Virus genome (UHGV): UHGV-0178594
Reading direction: 5' to 3' (one strand)
DNA from: a virus
Length of the DNA: 64,000 nucleotides
Part shown: positions 20,493 to 29,392 of the stretch, in pieces
How positions within the stretch are numbered: the stretch's first letter is position 1
Layout: each line of letters starts with the position of its first letter
Position numbers and translations under genes: made by a program
The notes under the pieces: generated by a model
Database searches by the model: none
What the model was told of the DNA's origin: nothing
The model's input: the letters and a program-made list of their open reading frames with translations, nothing else

Positions 20493-21287
20493 TTATGGTT
20501 CCTTTTTAGTGTTGCTTTGGAGCGCATCGATCACACCTTGTGGCATGATCAAACTGATTGCCGGACTCATTACTTCATCGCCCAGTAGAGAACCGGTTAA
20601 CGTAATAGCTACAGCATTCTCCAGTCCCTGTTTGGCTTTTCCGGTAGAGTCCTTAACTTGCTGTACAAGTGTTGAGAGACTACTGCTCGTGTTGTTTATT
20701 GCATTTATTTGTTCTGTTGCTGCTTCCACTGCGTCTTTTAGTGCTTTGATCTCTTCTTCTGTTAGTGCTGGTTGCTGTGTTGTTCCGGTGGAACTTCCGT
20801 TGCCTGAAGCCTCCCCGCTTGACGCCTGAACTTTTGCATTTATAGCGGTCATGGCTGAAGTGATTGGCACCAGTTCAAATGCTGCCAACGCGTCAATAAG
20901 CGATTGCGGATGCAGGGTATCTCCCATAACTGTTACGAGAGCAAATTCTGGCGCAGGAGATAACTCATTACCTTTGACGTAACATTCCCAGCCAATTTTC
21001 ATCTGAAGTAATTCAGTTGGCGAAGTATACGGAGACAGCGAGTCGGCTAAATTGGTTGCTTCTGCACTGACAGTTTTCAGTTGTTCTGAAAAGACAGAAA
21101 GCTGATTGACCCATGAAACCACCGACGCCGGGTATGCTTTATCCTTCAGGATAAGAGCCTGGATATTCTCTTCCAGAGAACTGGCATTGGATGACGCTGT
21201 TTTACTTAGCGTGATAGATGCAGGCGTAGTTGTGCCTGATGCATTTAGAATTTTGAATGCATTAACTTCAGCGATTGAATCAAGCAT
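20493..21287 (-). CDS. Hypothetical protein
   Basis: 264-aa ORF, S/T/A-rich. Confidence 0.3.
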   Translation of the reverse strand: MLDSIAEVNAFKILNASGTTTPASITLSKTASSNASSLEENIQALILKDKAYPASVVSWVNQLSVFSEQLKTVSAEATNLADSLSPYTSPTELLQMKIGWECYVKGNELSPAPEFALVTVMGDTLHPQSLIDALAAFELVPITSAMTAINAKVQASSGEASGNGSSTGTTQQPALTEEEIKALKDAVEAATEQINAINNTSSSLSTLVQQVKDSTGKAKQGLENAVAITLTGSLLGDEVMSPAISLIMPQGVIDALQSNTKKEP

Positions 21288-21571
21288 TATGACACCTGAA
21301 AAATTGCCTCACCATTGGCGATGACTGAGCCACAAGAAAGGGGATCTCCCACACAAACAACTCCTTTCCCGCCTATTGCAAACCATGAGCGCGTCGATAC
21401 GGCTGATCCGGGGTGCGCGCTATTTCCGTCTGTATGGCTGGGGAACGCTCCCCCATCTACAACTACTGGCTTTCCATTTACGGTAAACCAGGAAACTGTT
21501 TCTGCTACAGGTCGCGGAGGGAATCCTCCATGACCAGAACAAACTGTGTCACTGGTCGCTATTGCACTCAT
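21287..21571 (-). CDS. PAAR-like small Cys/His/Gly-rich protein (spike-tip candidate)
   Basis: 94 aa with repeated G-x-V / CxG / H motifs (..VCSGHGG..SHTDGNSAHPGS..VCVGDPLSCGSV..). Confidence 0.35.
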   Translation of the reverse strand: MSAIATSDTVCSGHGGFPPRPVAETVSWFTVNGKPVVVDGGAFPSHTDGNSAHPGSAVSTRSWFAIGGKGVVCVGDPLSCGSVIANGEAIFQVS

Positions 21572-21574
21572 CTA

Positions 21575-21815
21575 ACACCTCCTTTTTCTTAAATCTTCTC
21601 CACTTTGTGATTTTCACTCTTCAGATTTCTTACTTCTCATATTTGTCTCTGATTTGTCTCAAAAGGGTATCATGGGTACATCATGTATCATCTAAGTCTC
21701 TTCTTTGTCTCTCTTACGTCTCTAGTTTGATGCTTTTTACGCTATCTAACTTCTGGTCTTATTTTGTTTTCTCATATAAAATTCAATTCTTTCTCAAATG
21801 TGTCTCAGAAGTGGA
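21575..21815. promoter_or_regulatory. parC-like centromere/promoter: about six TGTCTC-type short repeats upstream of parM
   Basis: TTTGTCTCTGA, TTTGTCTCAAA, TAAGTCTCTTC, TTTGTCTCTCT, TACGTCTCTAG, TGTGTCTCAGA read directly. Confidence 0.45.
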
Positions 21816-21820
21816 GCAAT

Positions 21821-22780
21821 ATGATGCGCATTTTTATCGACGATGGTTCTACCAATATCAAAATGCTGTGGGAACAGGACGGGGAAACTCGAACCCATAT
21901 CTGTCCGAACAGTTTTAAACGTGGATGGTCCGCCACATTTGGCGCAGGAAAGCCGTTTAACTACATCATTGATGACGAAAAATATTCATATGACTTGATC
22001 TCGCCGGATGTGCTGCCGACGAATAACGTTGAATGGCAATACAGCCCGCTTAATGTGCTTGCTGTTCATCATGCCCTGCTTACAAGTGGCATTGAGCCTC
22101 AAGAAGTGGAAATAGTTGTCACGTTGCCACTGGCAGAGTTTTATGACGACGACGCACAATACAACATGAAAAATATTGAGCGGAAAAAGGCCAGCCTGAT
22201 GCGACCAGTCACCCTTAACAAAGGTCAGGTTTTTACTATCAAAAAAGTGACTGTGCGCCCGGAGTCAATACCCGCAGGGATCGGTCTGTGCGACAGCCTT
22301 GTGCCAGCGCATTCTGTGCTTATTGTTGATCTTGGTGGGACTACTCTGGATGTGTCGATGGTCGCCGGGCAAATGACCGCCGTTTCTCGCGTATTTGGCG
22401 ATTCTAATCTCGGCGTTTCGCTGGTAACTAAAGAGGTCAGACAGGCACTTGCAAAAGCGAATACCGAAACCTCTAATTATAATGTCGATCAATTAATCAT
22501 TAATCGTGATGATGAGGATTATTTGACCGACAATATTAACGATCCGTCTGCTATTGATGATGTTAAGAAAGCCATTTCGTCAAGCATAGAACGACTCCGT
22601 ACACGCGTACTGGATGTGATCAGTGATTTCAAAGGATACACGCATGTTATGGTCATTGGTGGCGGCGCGCCGCTTGTTGCTGATGCTATCCGTGAGCAGG
22701 TAAACATTCGTGACGATAGGTTTTTCGTTGCTGATGATCCACAACTTGCTCTTGTCTATGGTCTAAAATCTATCGGTTGA
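21821..22780 (+). CDS. parM: Actin-like plasmid segregation ATPase
   Basis: MMRIFIDDGSTNIKMLW.. with ..LAVHHALLTSG.., ..IVDLGGTTLD.., ..GYTHVMVIGGGA.. closely matching remembered R1 ParM/StbA; start taken at ATG 21821 after GGAG. Confidence 0.85.
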   Translation: MMRIFIDDGSTNIKMLWEQDGETRTHICPNSFKRGWSATFGAGKPFNYIIDDEKYSYDLISPDVLPTNNVEWQYSPLNVLAVHHALLTSGIEPQEVEIVVTLPLAEFYDDDAQYNMKNIERKKASLMRPVTLNKGQVFTIKKVTVRPESIPAGIGLCDSLVPAHSVLIVDLGGTTLDVSMVAGQMTAVSRVFGDSNLGVSLVTKEVRQALAKANTETSNYNVDQLIINRDDEDYLTDNINDPSAIDDVKKAISSSIERLRTRVLDVISDFKGYTHVMVIGGGAPLVADAIREQVNIRDDRFFVADDPQLALVYGLKSIG

Positions 22781-22790
22781 TGAGGTTGCC

Positions 22791-23156
22791 ATGTCTCAGG
22801 AACGTCGAAAAGTATTGTTTTATCTTCGTCCTGGTCTTAACGCCAGTGAGCAATATGCTGATGCAAAACTTGAGGGCCATCCATTAAGAGATCGCAATGA
22901 TATGGCGCGCACAGCGATGCTTGCAGGTATCGCTCTTGGCGAGGTTGATAGCAGATTACCTCCCATGTTGGCATCGCTTTTATCCGGTGATAATAGCCCT
23001 GAAGTGATCAGAAAAATGCTGGTTTCATTTCTTGAAATTTCGCCTGAAGTTCGGGAAAACCCTGAAGGAAACCCCTCAGCCTCAGCGGATGTTAAAAAAC
23101 CTGGCGTTTCGAAAAGCCGCTCTGCACAGAATTTGGCAAACTCACTCCCTGATTAA
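22791..23156 (+). CDS. parR: Centromere-binding adaptor
   Basis: 121-aa ORF directly after parM; N-terminal ..RKVLFYLRPGLN.. pattern like ParR. Confidence 0.6.
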   Translation: MSQERRKVLFYLRPGLNASEQYADAKLEGHPLRDRNDMARTAMLAGIALGEVDSRLPPMLASLLSGDNSPEVIRKMLVSFLEISPEVRENPEGNPSASADVKKPGVSKSRSAQNLANSLPD

Positions 23157-23171
23157 CAAATCTACATCTTC

Positions 23172-23197
23172 AAAGGCTGCAATTTGCAGCCTTTTTT
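23172..23197 (+). terminator. Rho-independent terminator after parR
   Basis: AAGGCTGCAATTTGCAGCCTT hairpin followed by TTTTTT. Confidence 0.55.
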
Positions 23198-23225
23198 ATA
23201 CTGTTATGGTTCTAATTTGGTGTTC

Positions 23226-23290
23226 TTTTAGTACCAAAACGGTGTTGTTATGGTGCTGTTTTGTGTCTGGTTCCACTTTGAGGCTGGTTT
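23226..23290. repeat. Centromere-like GGTGTT/TAGTACCA repeats upstream of the Walker ParA gene
   Basis: TTTTAGTACCAAAACGGTGTTGTTA; a near-identical copy lies downstream at 24420. Confidence 0.35.
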
Positions 23291-23441
23291 CGTGTTAAAC
23301 AGGATGCAACAGAGGGTAAATTTAGAGTGTTTAGTGTTATACTTTTGCAAAGCATAGTGACTCCACTATAGAGCCAAAACCGCATCAATAAGGCTTCTGT
23401 TTGGAACCAGTTTGATACCAAAATAACACCGAGGAACGGAT

Positions 23442-24083
23442 ATGATTATATTGGTAGTCAGCCAAAAAGGTGGCTGTGGAAAATCAACCACAAGCGTAAA
23501 CATCTGTGCGGAGCTTGCCCGCGAAAATAAGGATGTAGTGTTACTAGATGCAGACAAGCAAGGAACAGCTGCCCGCTGGGCAGCTGACCGTAACACGGCA
23601 GAGGTTTCTCCTGTAATTCATTGTGTCCAGAAGTTTGGTAATATTCGAGAAACACTTCTCGATCTGGATAAGCGTTATGAATTTGTAGTTGTTGATACAG
23701 CCGGGCGCGATAGCAAAGAGATGCGTACAGGCATAACCGCTGCAGATATTGTGTTGGTCCCATTTAGACCATCTCAACCAGATTTAGACACGCTGGCACA
23801 CTTTGTTGAAGTGTTTGAAGAGGCTTTGGACCTGATGCCTAATCCTAGCATTAAGGCGTTCGCAGTCTTAACAATGGCCCCATCCAATCCGGTTGTGAAT
23901 GAAACCAATGAGGCCAAAGAGTACCTGGCTGAATATCCGCAACTGAAGTTGCTGAAAACCATCATTCGTGATCGTAAGGTTTACCGCGATTGCATGGCTG
24001 AAGGGAAGGGCGTTGTTGAGATGGACAACGGGAAAGCTAAAGGTGAAATCCAGATGTTGGTTAAGGAGTTATTAAGTGATTAA
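23442..24083 (+). CDS. Small Walker-type (ParA/ParF/MinD-family) partition ATPase
   Basis: N-terminal deviant Walker A VSQKGGCGKSTTS, ..VVLLDADKQG.., ..VVVDTAG.. Confidence 0.8.
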   Translation: MIILVVSQKGGCGKSTTSVNICAELARENKDVVLLDADKQGTAARWAADRNTAEVSPVIHCVQKFGNIRETLLDLDKRYEFVVVDTAGRDSKEMRTGITAADIVLVPFRPSQPDLDTLAHFVEVFEEALDLMPNPSIKAFAVLTMAPSNPVVNETNEAKEYLAEYPQLKLLKTIIRDRKVYRDCMAEGKGVVEMDNGKAKGEIQMLVKELLSD

Positions 24084-24363
24084 GCCTCGTAAATCGGTAA
24101 AAGCCCCCGAAGTAAAAGACCCCGATCTTGAACGCCGAATTGAGGATTTTGCCAGTAAGGCTGATTTGGTGCCGGGTGAGCAACCAGAAGACAACAAAGT
24201 GCTCGATAAGGACGCCCCACGTGATTTTAAATCCATTCGTGTTGGCTTCAATGAATACGAGTACCAGGTACTTGATGCGTTAAGCAAAAAGCATAATCGC
24301 AGCAAATTGAATATGATCCGCCATGCTATCCTCATGCTTGCAGAGTCTGAGGATACAAAATGA
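24076..24363 (+). CDS. ParG-like small RHH partner protein
   Basis: 95-aa ORF overlapping the ParA stop; C-terminal ..SKLNMIRHAILMLAES.. ribbon-helix-helix-like. Confidence 0.45.
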   Translation: MIKPRKSVKAPEVKDPDLERRIEDFASKADLVPGEQPEDNKVLDKDAPRDFKSIRVGFNEYEYQVLDALSKKHNRSKLNMIRHAILMLAESEDTK

Positions 24364-24372
24364 CGCCGGAAT

Positions 24373-24444
24373 AACACCGTTTTGGTTCCATGTGGTGTTT
24401 TGATACTACCTTGATGCCTTTTTAGTACCAGAATGGTGTTATTA
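24373..24444. repeat. Centromere-like repeats downstream of the ParA/RHH pair
   Basis: AACACCGTTTTGGTTCC (inverted) and TTTTAGTACCAGAATGGTGTTATTA (direct) relative to the upstream set. Confidence 0.35.
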
Positions 24445-24497
24445 GTGTACCGTAATGGCGTTTATTTGATGTTATAAAGCCCCATATGGGGCTTTTC

Positions 24498-26912
24498 TTA
24501 ATTGAGCGTGGCTATAATGTCGTTAGCTATCATTCGGGTTGATGCTTTACAGGATACAGAGCGACGGGATGGCATAGGATACACCTTGAAGCCATTGCCA
24601 ACGTAAAGTTCGCGAATGTTAGGCGCACCACTGTTTGTTATCACAATTTTCGCTCCGCGTCTGTGGGCATCCACCAGCAGTGACACCAGCCGTTGTTGAT
24701 CTTCAAACCTAAAGCTATGCCCTGAGTAATTTGTAAATCCGGTAGTGTCGGGCAATGGTTCATAGGGGGGATCGCAGAAAATCACATCATCATTCCCTGC
24801 AGCCTCAATTACACCAGCAAAATCGCCGGACACAAATTCCGAATACTTTGAAATATCGTCAGCCAGGAACGCCTCCATTTCCGCGAGAGGGAAGTGGGGG
24901 GATTTCTGCTTTCCATATCCGACGTTGAACTCTCCTTTACGGTTATAGCGAGTGACGCCATTAAAACAATGACGATTGAGATACAGGAACGCCGCTGCAT
25001 GGTGAAGGGAATCATAAGCACCATTGTTGAATGCATTGCGAACATTCAAAAATGCATCAGCAGAGTTGTAATCCTGAAAAAAACGATATGCCAGTGTGAT
25101 AAGAGAATGCCCTTCACGCTGCAATGTCTGATAGAAGTTAATCAGGTCACCGTTAATATCATTAAGCAGGTTGTGGCGAAAACCTGCATTCGTAAATACG
25201 GAACCGCCACCAACGAATGGTTCTATTAACCGCTTGCCGTGTGGCAGATGCTCAAGCACTGTAGGCAACCCTGAGAATTTACCGCCTACCCATTTGAATA
25301 TTGGGCGCTCATATTCATCCGGAGTCCGGAGTTTTCTTGTGTAGGTAATGGTATTTATTGTTTTTTGCTGTTTATCCGCCACGGTCGCAAGAATGCGACA
25401 CCCAATCCATTGCATAACAGGAACTGCCATGCTGTTGCCGATCGCTTTGTAACGCGGTCCGTCAGCAGCGAGCATCGCGGCCTCTTCTTCGCTTAAATCT
25501 GGATAGTGATTGCGAAGATATGCCAGTTCATCTGAATTAACTTTTTTACGCTTTTCCGTCGGGATCAACGTATGCCCATCAGGAAAACCTTGCAGCCTTT
25601 CACATTCGACAGGGGTAAGACGGCGGACAGCTACTTCTGCGTTTCTTACTTCATAGCAAACAGCTGTTGGATTTTTAGCCATTAGAGATGGTGAAGTATT
25701 CTTAGTTGCAGCATGTTGTGTACCGCTCATACGCTCAGGAAAAGCCAATGTAACAAGATGCTCATGGCTTTCTTGCTCACGTGCCCGCAATGTACCATGC
25801 CCTTCTGACCAAAAACCTGCTCCTGTGCTGCTAAAAACGGCAAGGTCAGTGGCATCTTTAAAATCTCTTGCCTTTACTGTCGATGCGGTTTCATCGTCAA
25901 TATATTCCCCAAATGCTGCCATCCTGAAAGCGTTTACGGCTTTCGTCGATTTCATACCGGGTGGCATGTCAGCGTGTAGGCATGGATTTAGGCTTTCGCC
26001 ACTGATTGCAGCGCCATTTGCAATAATGGCGGAAGCGATTTCCTTCTTTTTTCGGCTCGGCGCAATATTCCGGCGCACGCCTTCGAACTCAAAAAGTACC
26101 GTTGCGGGATCGAGGTCTGTTCGAGCACTTGCGACAACAAACACGCGTCGGCGTCGTTGCGCCACTCCGAAGTATTGGGCATCAAGGATTCTCCAGGCCA
26201 CTTTTCGCTGCGGTCCATAAATACAACCACACTGCGGCCACTTTGGAGCATGGCAACCGGTTTTGACATCCCACCGCCAGAACGAGTTACTTTTTCCTGA
26301 TTCAGGTCGATCACCTGGTTCGAATGGCGCATCTTCTCCAGCCAATCCGGCAAGGAAACATCCGAAGGCGTTATCTGCCGATGACAGGACTCCTGGGACA
26401 TTTTCCCAGACGATAACTGTCGGTTTGAGGAAGGACTCAGACCGTTTGTCGTCAATTGCATTTGCAAGCTCCACATACTTCAAAGTTAGCGCGCCGCGTT
26501 CATCATCAAGCCCACCACGTAAGCCCGCGATACTGAATGCCTGACAAGGGGTTCCTCCGACGAGGACATCCGGGGCTTCAATTTTTCCAGCCCGGACCTT
26601 CTTAGCAAGTTTTGTCATGTCGCCAAGGTTGGTAACATGAGGCCAGTGGTGCGCAAGAACGGCAGACGGAAAAGGCTCAATTTCAGCAAACCAAGCCGGA
26701 CGCATACCCAACGGTTCCCAGGCAATGCTTGCGGCTTCAATTCCACTGCAAACCGAACCATATCGAAGATTAATGCTTTGCTTCACCGCCAATGGCCTCC
26801 ACCAGCGAGCTAAACATCGCGGATAATTCGCTTGTGAACAGAATGAAGTCAGCATCAAATCGCTGGGCAACATCTTCACGGTCGATGTCATCGTTCTGGT
26901 CATAGAGATCAT
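24498..26912 (-). CDS. dmt: Bifunctional DNA methyltransferase: N-terminal C5-cytosine MTase fused to C-terminal Dam-like N6-adenine MTase
   Basis: C5 motifs ..YGSVCSGIEAA.., ..GGTPCQAFSIAG.., ..VIVWENVPG..; Dam motifs ..FKWVGGKF.., ..FLYLNRHCFNG.., ..FCDPPY..; 5' end uncertain (143-bp overlap with rdgC as listed). Confidence 0.8.
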   Translation of the reverse strand: MISMTRTMTSTVKMLPSDLMLTSFCSQANYPRCLARWWRPLAVKQSINLRYGSVCSGIEAASIAWEPLGMRPAWFAEIEPFPSAVLAHHWPHVTNLGDMTKLAKKVRAGKIEAPDVLVGGTPCQAFSIAGLRGGLDDERGALTLKYVELANAIDDKRSESFLKPTVIVWENVPGVLSSADNAFGCFLAGLAGEDAPFEPGDRPESGKSNSFWRWDVKTGCHAPKWPQCGCIYGPQRKVAWRILDAQYFGVAQRRRRVFVVASARTDLDPATVLFEFEGVRRNIAPSRKKKEIASAIIANGAAISGESLNPCLHADMPPGMKSTKAVNAFRMAAFGEYIDDETASTVKARDFKDATDLAVFSSTGAGFWSEGHGTLRAREQESHEHLVTLAFPERMSGTQHAATKNTSPSLMAKNPTAVCYEVRNAEVAVRRLTPVECERLQGFPDGHTLIPTEKRKKVNSDELAYLRNHYPDLSEEEAAMLAADGPRYKAIGNSMAVPVMQWIGCRILATVADKQQKTINTITYTRKLRTPDEYERPIFKWVGGKFSGLPTVLEHLPHGKRLIEPFVGGGSVFTNAGFRHNLLNDINGDLINFYQTLQREGHSLITLAYRFFQDYNSADAFLNVRNAFNNGAYDSLHHAAAFLYLNRHCFNGVTRYNRKGEFNVGYGKQKSPHFPLAEMEAFLADDISKYSEFVSGDFAGVIEAAGNDDVIFCDPPYEPLPDTTGFTNYSGHSFRFEDQQRLVSLLVDAHRRGAKIVITNSGAPNIRELYVGNGFKVYPMPSRRSVSCKASTRMIANDIIATLN

Positions 26913-27675
26913 CGCAAAACGTCAGTGCTTTGATGCTCATGTCATCGTTTAACCTGAAGGTCGCGCGGTCCTGCCAGTTGATTGCAACTGTTGTTGCAAC
27001 TTTTCCGGCTTCAATATGAGTCATTATTTCCTCTGACTGTAGGTCTACTTTCTTGCAACGAACTGCGCCGCCGTCATCGAACAGAGATTTCAATATGGCT
27101 TCTTCGCCTGCTTTAAAGCCTTGAGGAAATGTTGACTTGAACCATTCGGTCATAGTCATTTCGAGCGGTTCTATCGGCGTGAATGGAATCACTGGCAGGC
27201 TGCCAAGTGATTTACGTAAGAGCGCCAGCATTTCTTCAGCTTTTCTGGCGCTGGAAGCTTCTACGAAGACCAGATAGTTGTCGCGATCAATAAGGATTCG
27301 CGACAATGATTTGCGAGTGAATGCGCGAGGCAACAAAGAGTGGAGAACTTCATCCTTCAGGGTGTTTTTTTCCGACTTCTTCAGCTTACGAGATTGCTCA
27401 TTTTCGAGCTTTTCCACTTTTTTCTGCACTTCCTCCTTAATGACATGAGAGGGCAGGAGCTTAATTTCTCGCTGTTGCTGGAGAAGTAGAAAACCGTGGT
27501 ATTCATGGATCAGGTTGTCAGCCAGAACCGGCACCCATCCGACTTTTGCCATTTCTTGTGATGCGCATGGAGTGAATGTGAATTGGCTTAAGGCATCACT
27601 AACGGTGGTTGAGTCCAGTTTAATTTCGCGGGCAAGGCGATAGACGTATATGTTTTTAAAGGCGACTAATCTCAT
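26770..27675 (-). CDS. rdgC: Recombination-associated protein RdgC homologue
   Basis: Near-collinear similarity to remembered E. coli RdgC (..FKNIYVYRL.., ..LLPRAFTR.., ..LRKSLGSLPV.., ..DREDVAQRFDADFIL..); start set at internal ATG 27675. Confidence 0.85.
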   Translation of the reverse strand: MRLVAFKNIYVYRLAREIKLDSTTVSDALSQFTFTPCASQEMAKVGWVPVLADNLIHEYHGFLLLQQQREIKLLPSHVIKEEVQKKVEKLENEQSRKLKKSEKNTLKDEVLHSLLPRAFTRKSLSRILIDRDNYLVFVEASSARKAEEMLALLRKSLGSLPVIPFTPIEPLEMTMTEWFKSTFPQGFKAGEEAILKSLFDDGGAVRCKKVDLQSEEIMTHIEAGKVATTVAINWQDRATFRLNDDMSIKALTFCDDLYDQNDDIDREDVAQRFDADFILFTSELSAMFSSLVEAIGGEAKH

Positions 27676-27688
27676 GTTTCGCAAAACT

Positions 27689-27720
27689 GTGTTAGAAAAT
27701 AAAACTCAATTATCTAACAC
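27689..27720. promoter_or_regulatory. Operator-like palindrome GTGTTAGAAAAT..TATCTAACAC immediately upstream of rdgC-dmt
   Basis: Member of the recurring motif family; 14 bp from the rdgC start. Confidence 0.45.
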
Positions 27721-27734
27721 AGTTATGTATTTTG

Positions 27735-28412
27735 CTATCCCTTCACAAAGGAGAAATTGCTCGCTGTTGCTTTTAGCGCGCCACCAGCTTTCAGGGCTAT
27801 ATCACCATCAGCGGCGACGGTTACATTGCTGCCTTTTACATTAACGTCTCCATCTGAGGATACATTGGTTTTGCTGCTTGATTTGACGTTAACTTCACCT
27901 CCAGCATTAAGCACTATATTCGCTGGGCCAATTATGTAAATCTGGCCGGATTCGTTCATCCCTATCCTTGATCCTGCGGCGGTGTTTGCTATTTCATAGC
28001 CACCGCCAGCCGTTCTGACCTCAAGGATATTGTTTCGGTGAATAACAAAATCTTCAGTCGCCGAAAACTGGGGGCGGGCAGGGGCACCATCAACTTCTTC
28101 TGGCGACCATCCACTTCCTTGTCCGGAGGCTTCCGGAGGCACATTTGGTACGCCTCCTGGGGCATCCTGCGCCGCACCAACGATTAAAGGTCGGCGCGTG
28201 TCTATCCTGCCTTTAGCATCCAGATAAGGAAATTCGACCCAGACTAAATCGCCGCTGACTGTAGGTGTAAAGGCGTTACCGATAGGCATTTGATACTCTG
28301 CCCATGGGAGGTCTTCATCCGGTACACCGTTCCAGTCAGGCAGTATGCGGACCTGCGCTCGCATAAGTCCGGCAGGGTGTTTGGTCCCTACGATTTGCGC
28401 TCTGCGTTTCAC
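27735..28412 (-). CDS. Baseplate spike/hub protein (gpV / gp5-like) candidate
   Basis: 225 aa; N-terminal OB-fold-like ..PTVSGDLVWVEFPYLD.. then G/N/V-rich beta-helix-like C-terminus. Confidence 0.4.
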   Translation of the reverse strand: MKRRAQIVGTKHPAGLMRAQVRILPDWNGVPDEDLPWAEYQMPIGNAFTPTVSGDLVWVEFPYLDAKGRIDTRRPLIVGAAQDAPGGVPNVPPEASGQGSGWSPEEVDGAPARPQFSATEDFVIHRNNILEVRTAGGGYEIANTAAGSRIGMNESGQIYIIGPANIVLNAGGEVNVKSSSKTNVSSDGDVNVKGSNVTVAADGDIALKAGGALKATASNFSFVKG

Positions 28413-29389
28413 TGGTTGGGTACTCCTAATATCATTCGTGTTGTATAGCCGATCCGGTCCTCAAAATGGGCTACGTTTTTCACCAACAGCTTACGAGGCA
28501 ACGATTCGTCCAGCTTATTTTCCTGGTCGTAACGATACACGAGGATCTCAATAACCATTCCCGGCGTGATGTCGGGATTACCCGCGACCTCAATATCCAT
28601 TTTGGGTACGAGCGACAATTGCATATTGCGCAGAGTTTCCATATCCGGATCGGATATATAGCGTATTGGAAGTGAGCTATCGCCATATTCGACATAGCCT
28701 TCAGTCATTGAATAGCCGGTAAATCGATACTGAGTATTTGCCGTAACGGCATACTCTTGCTGTATAAGCCTCATTTTTGAAATCGTGTATTCCGCCCTGG
28801 GGTTGTTCCCTTCATAGGTGAATGATGGTTTGGCTTTCATAAGGTCAGCTAATGTATAAAAGTTAAACTGACCACGGCAGGCCCAGCATAAAGCGCCTTT
28901 ATCGCGGGCCATTTCAGATAGCATTTTGGAGGGTTTTTCCCCGGCGGAAAGATGGTACGTACAGCTTCGTTTCAATGCGCTGGAGGCGATTTTCAGTGTA
29001 CCGGTATACGTCTTGAAAATGGTATCAGGCGTTTTATTTGTATGCAGGTTAGCCCGTATGGCGGGGATCTTAAATATCCGAACGTCTTCACTGACTGCAA
29101 TGACCGTGATGACATCACCAGCCAGCACCGCAGATGTTACGAAAAAAGTTGTTTTAAACGTGCCTGAATTGCCTTGTGGATCTCCCATCTCTGCAACCAG
29201 TGCTGCGCCGTATTTTGTTTTCCAGTCATCAATTATGGTGCCGGTAATGTCGTGAATTTCCAGTTTCAGCAATGGTGCACGCAGGTTTGCCTTTTCCACA
29301 TATACGGAAGTGAATATCCACTCCCTGGGTACTTTGTTTCCGTTGATGGTAACGGACTGTAGAAAGTATTGCTGTAGCTCCTGGGACAT
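28409..29389 (-). CDS. Baseplate/tail protein (unassigned)
   Basis: 326-aa ORF in the same operon. Confidence 0.3.
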   Translation of the reverse strand: MSQELQQYFLQSVTINGNKVPREWIFTSVYVEKANLRAPLLKLEIHDITGTIIDDWKTKYGAALVAEMGDPQGNSGTFKTTFFVTSAVLAGDVITVIAVSEDVRIFKIPAIRANLHTNKTPDTIFKTYTGTLKIASSALKRSCTYHLSAGEKPSKMLSEMARDKGALCWACRGQFNFYTLADLMKAKPSFTYEGNNPRAEYTISKMRLIQQEYAVTANTQYRFTGYSMTEGYVEYGDSSLPIRYISDPDMETLRNMQLSLVPKMDIEVAGNPDITPGMVIEILVYRYDQENKLDESLPRKLLVKNVAHFEDRIGYTTRMILGVPNQ

Positions 29390-29392
29390 GGC

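Noticed and set aside
23340-23370. CACTATAG-containing segment considered as a possible late-promoter element
   Set aside because: I cannot recall the P1 late-promoter consensus reliably enough to make a call; single occurrence only
24809-26544. Short ORFs on both strands inside the methyltransferase gene (78-162 aa)
   Set aside because: Nested within a long ORF with clear MTase motifs; no independent start signals
26770-27684. TTG-initiated start of rdgC at 27684
   Set aside because: Homology to E. coli RdgC begins at the internal ATG (27675); the track appears to extend ORFs to upstream GTG/TTG codons
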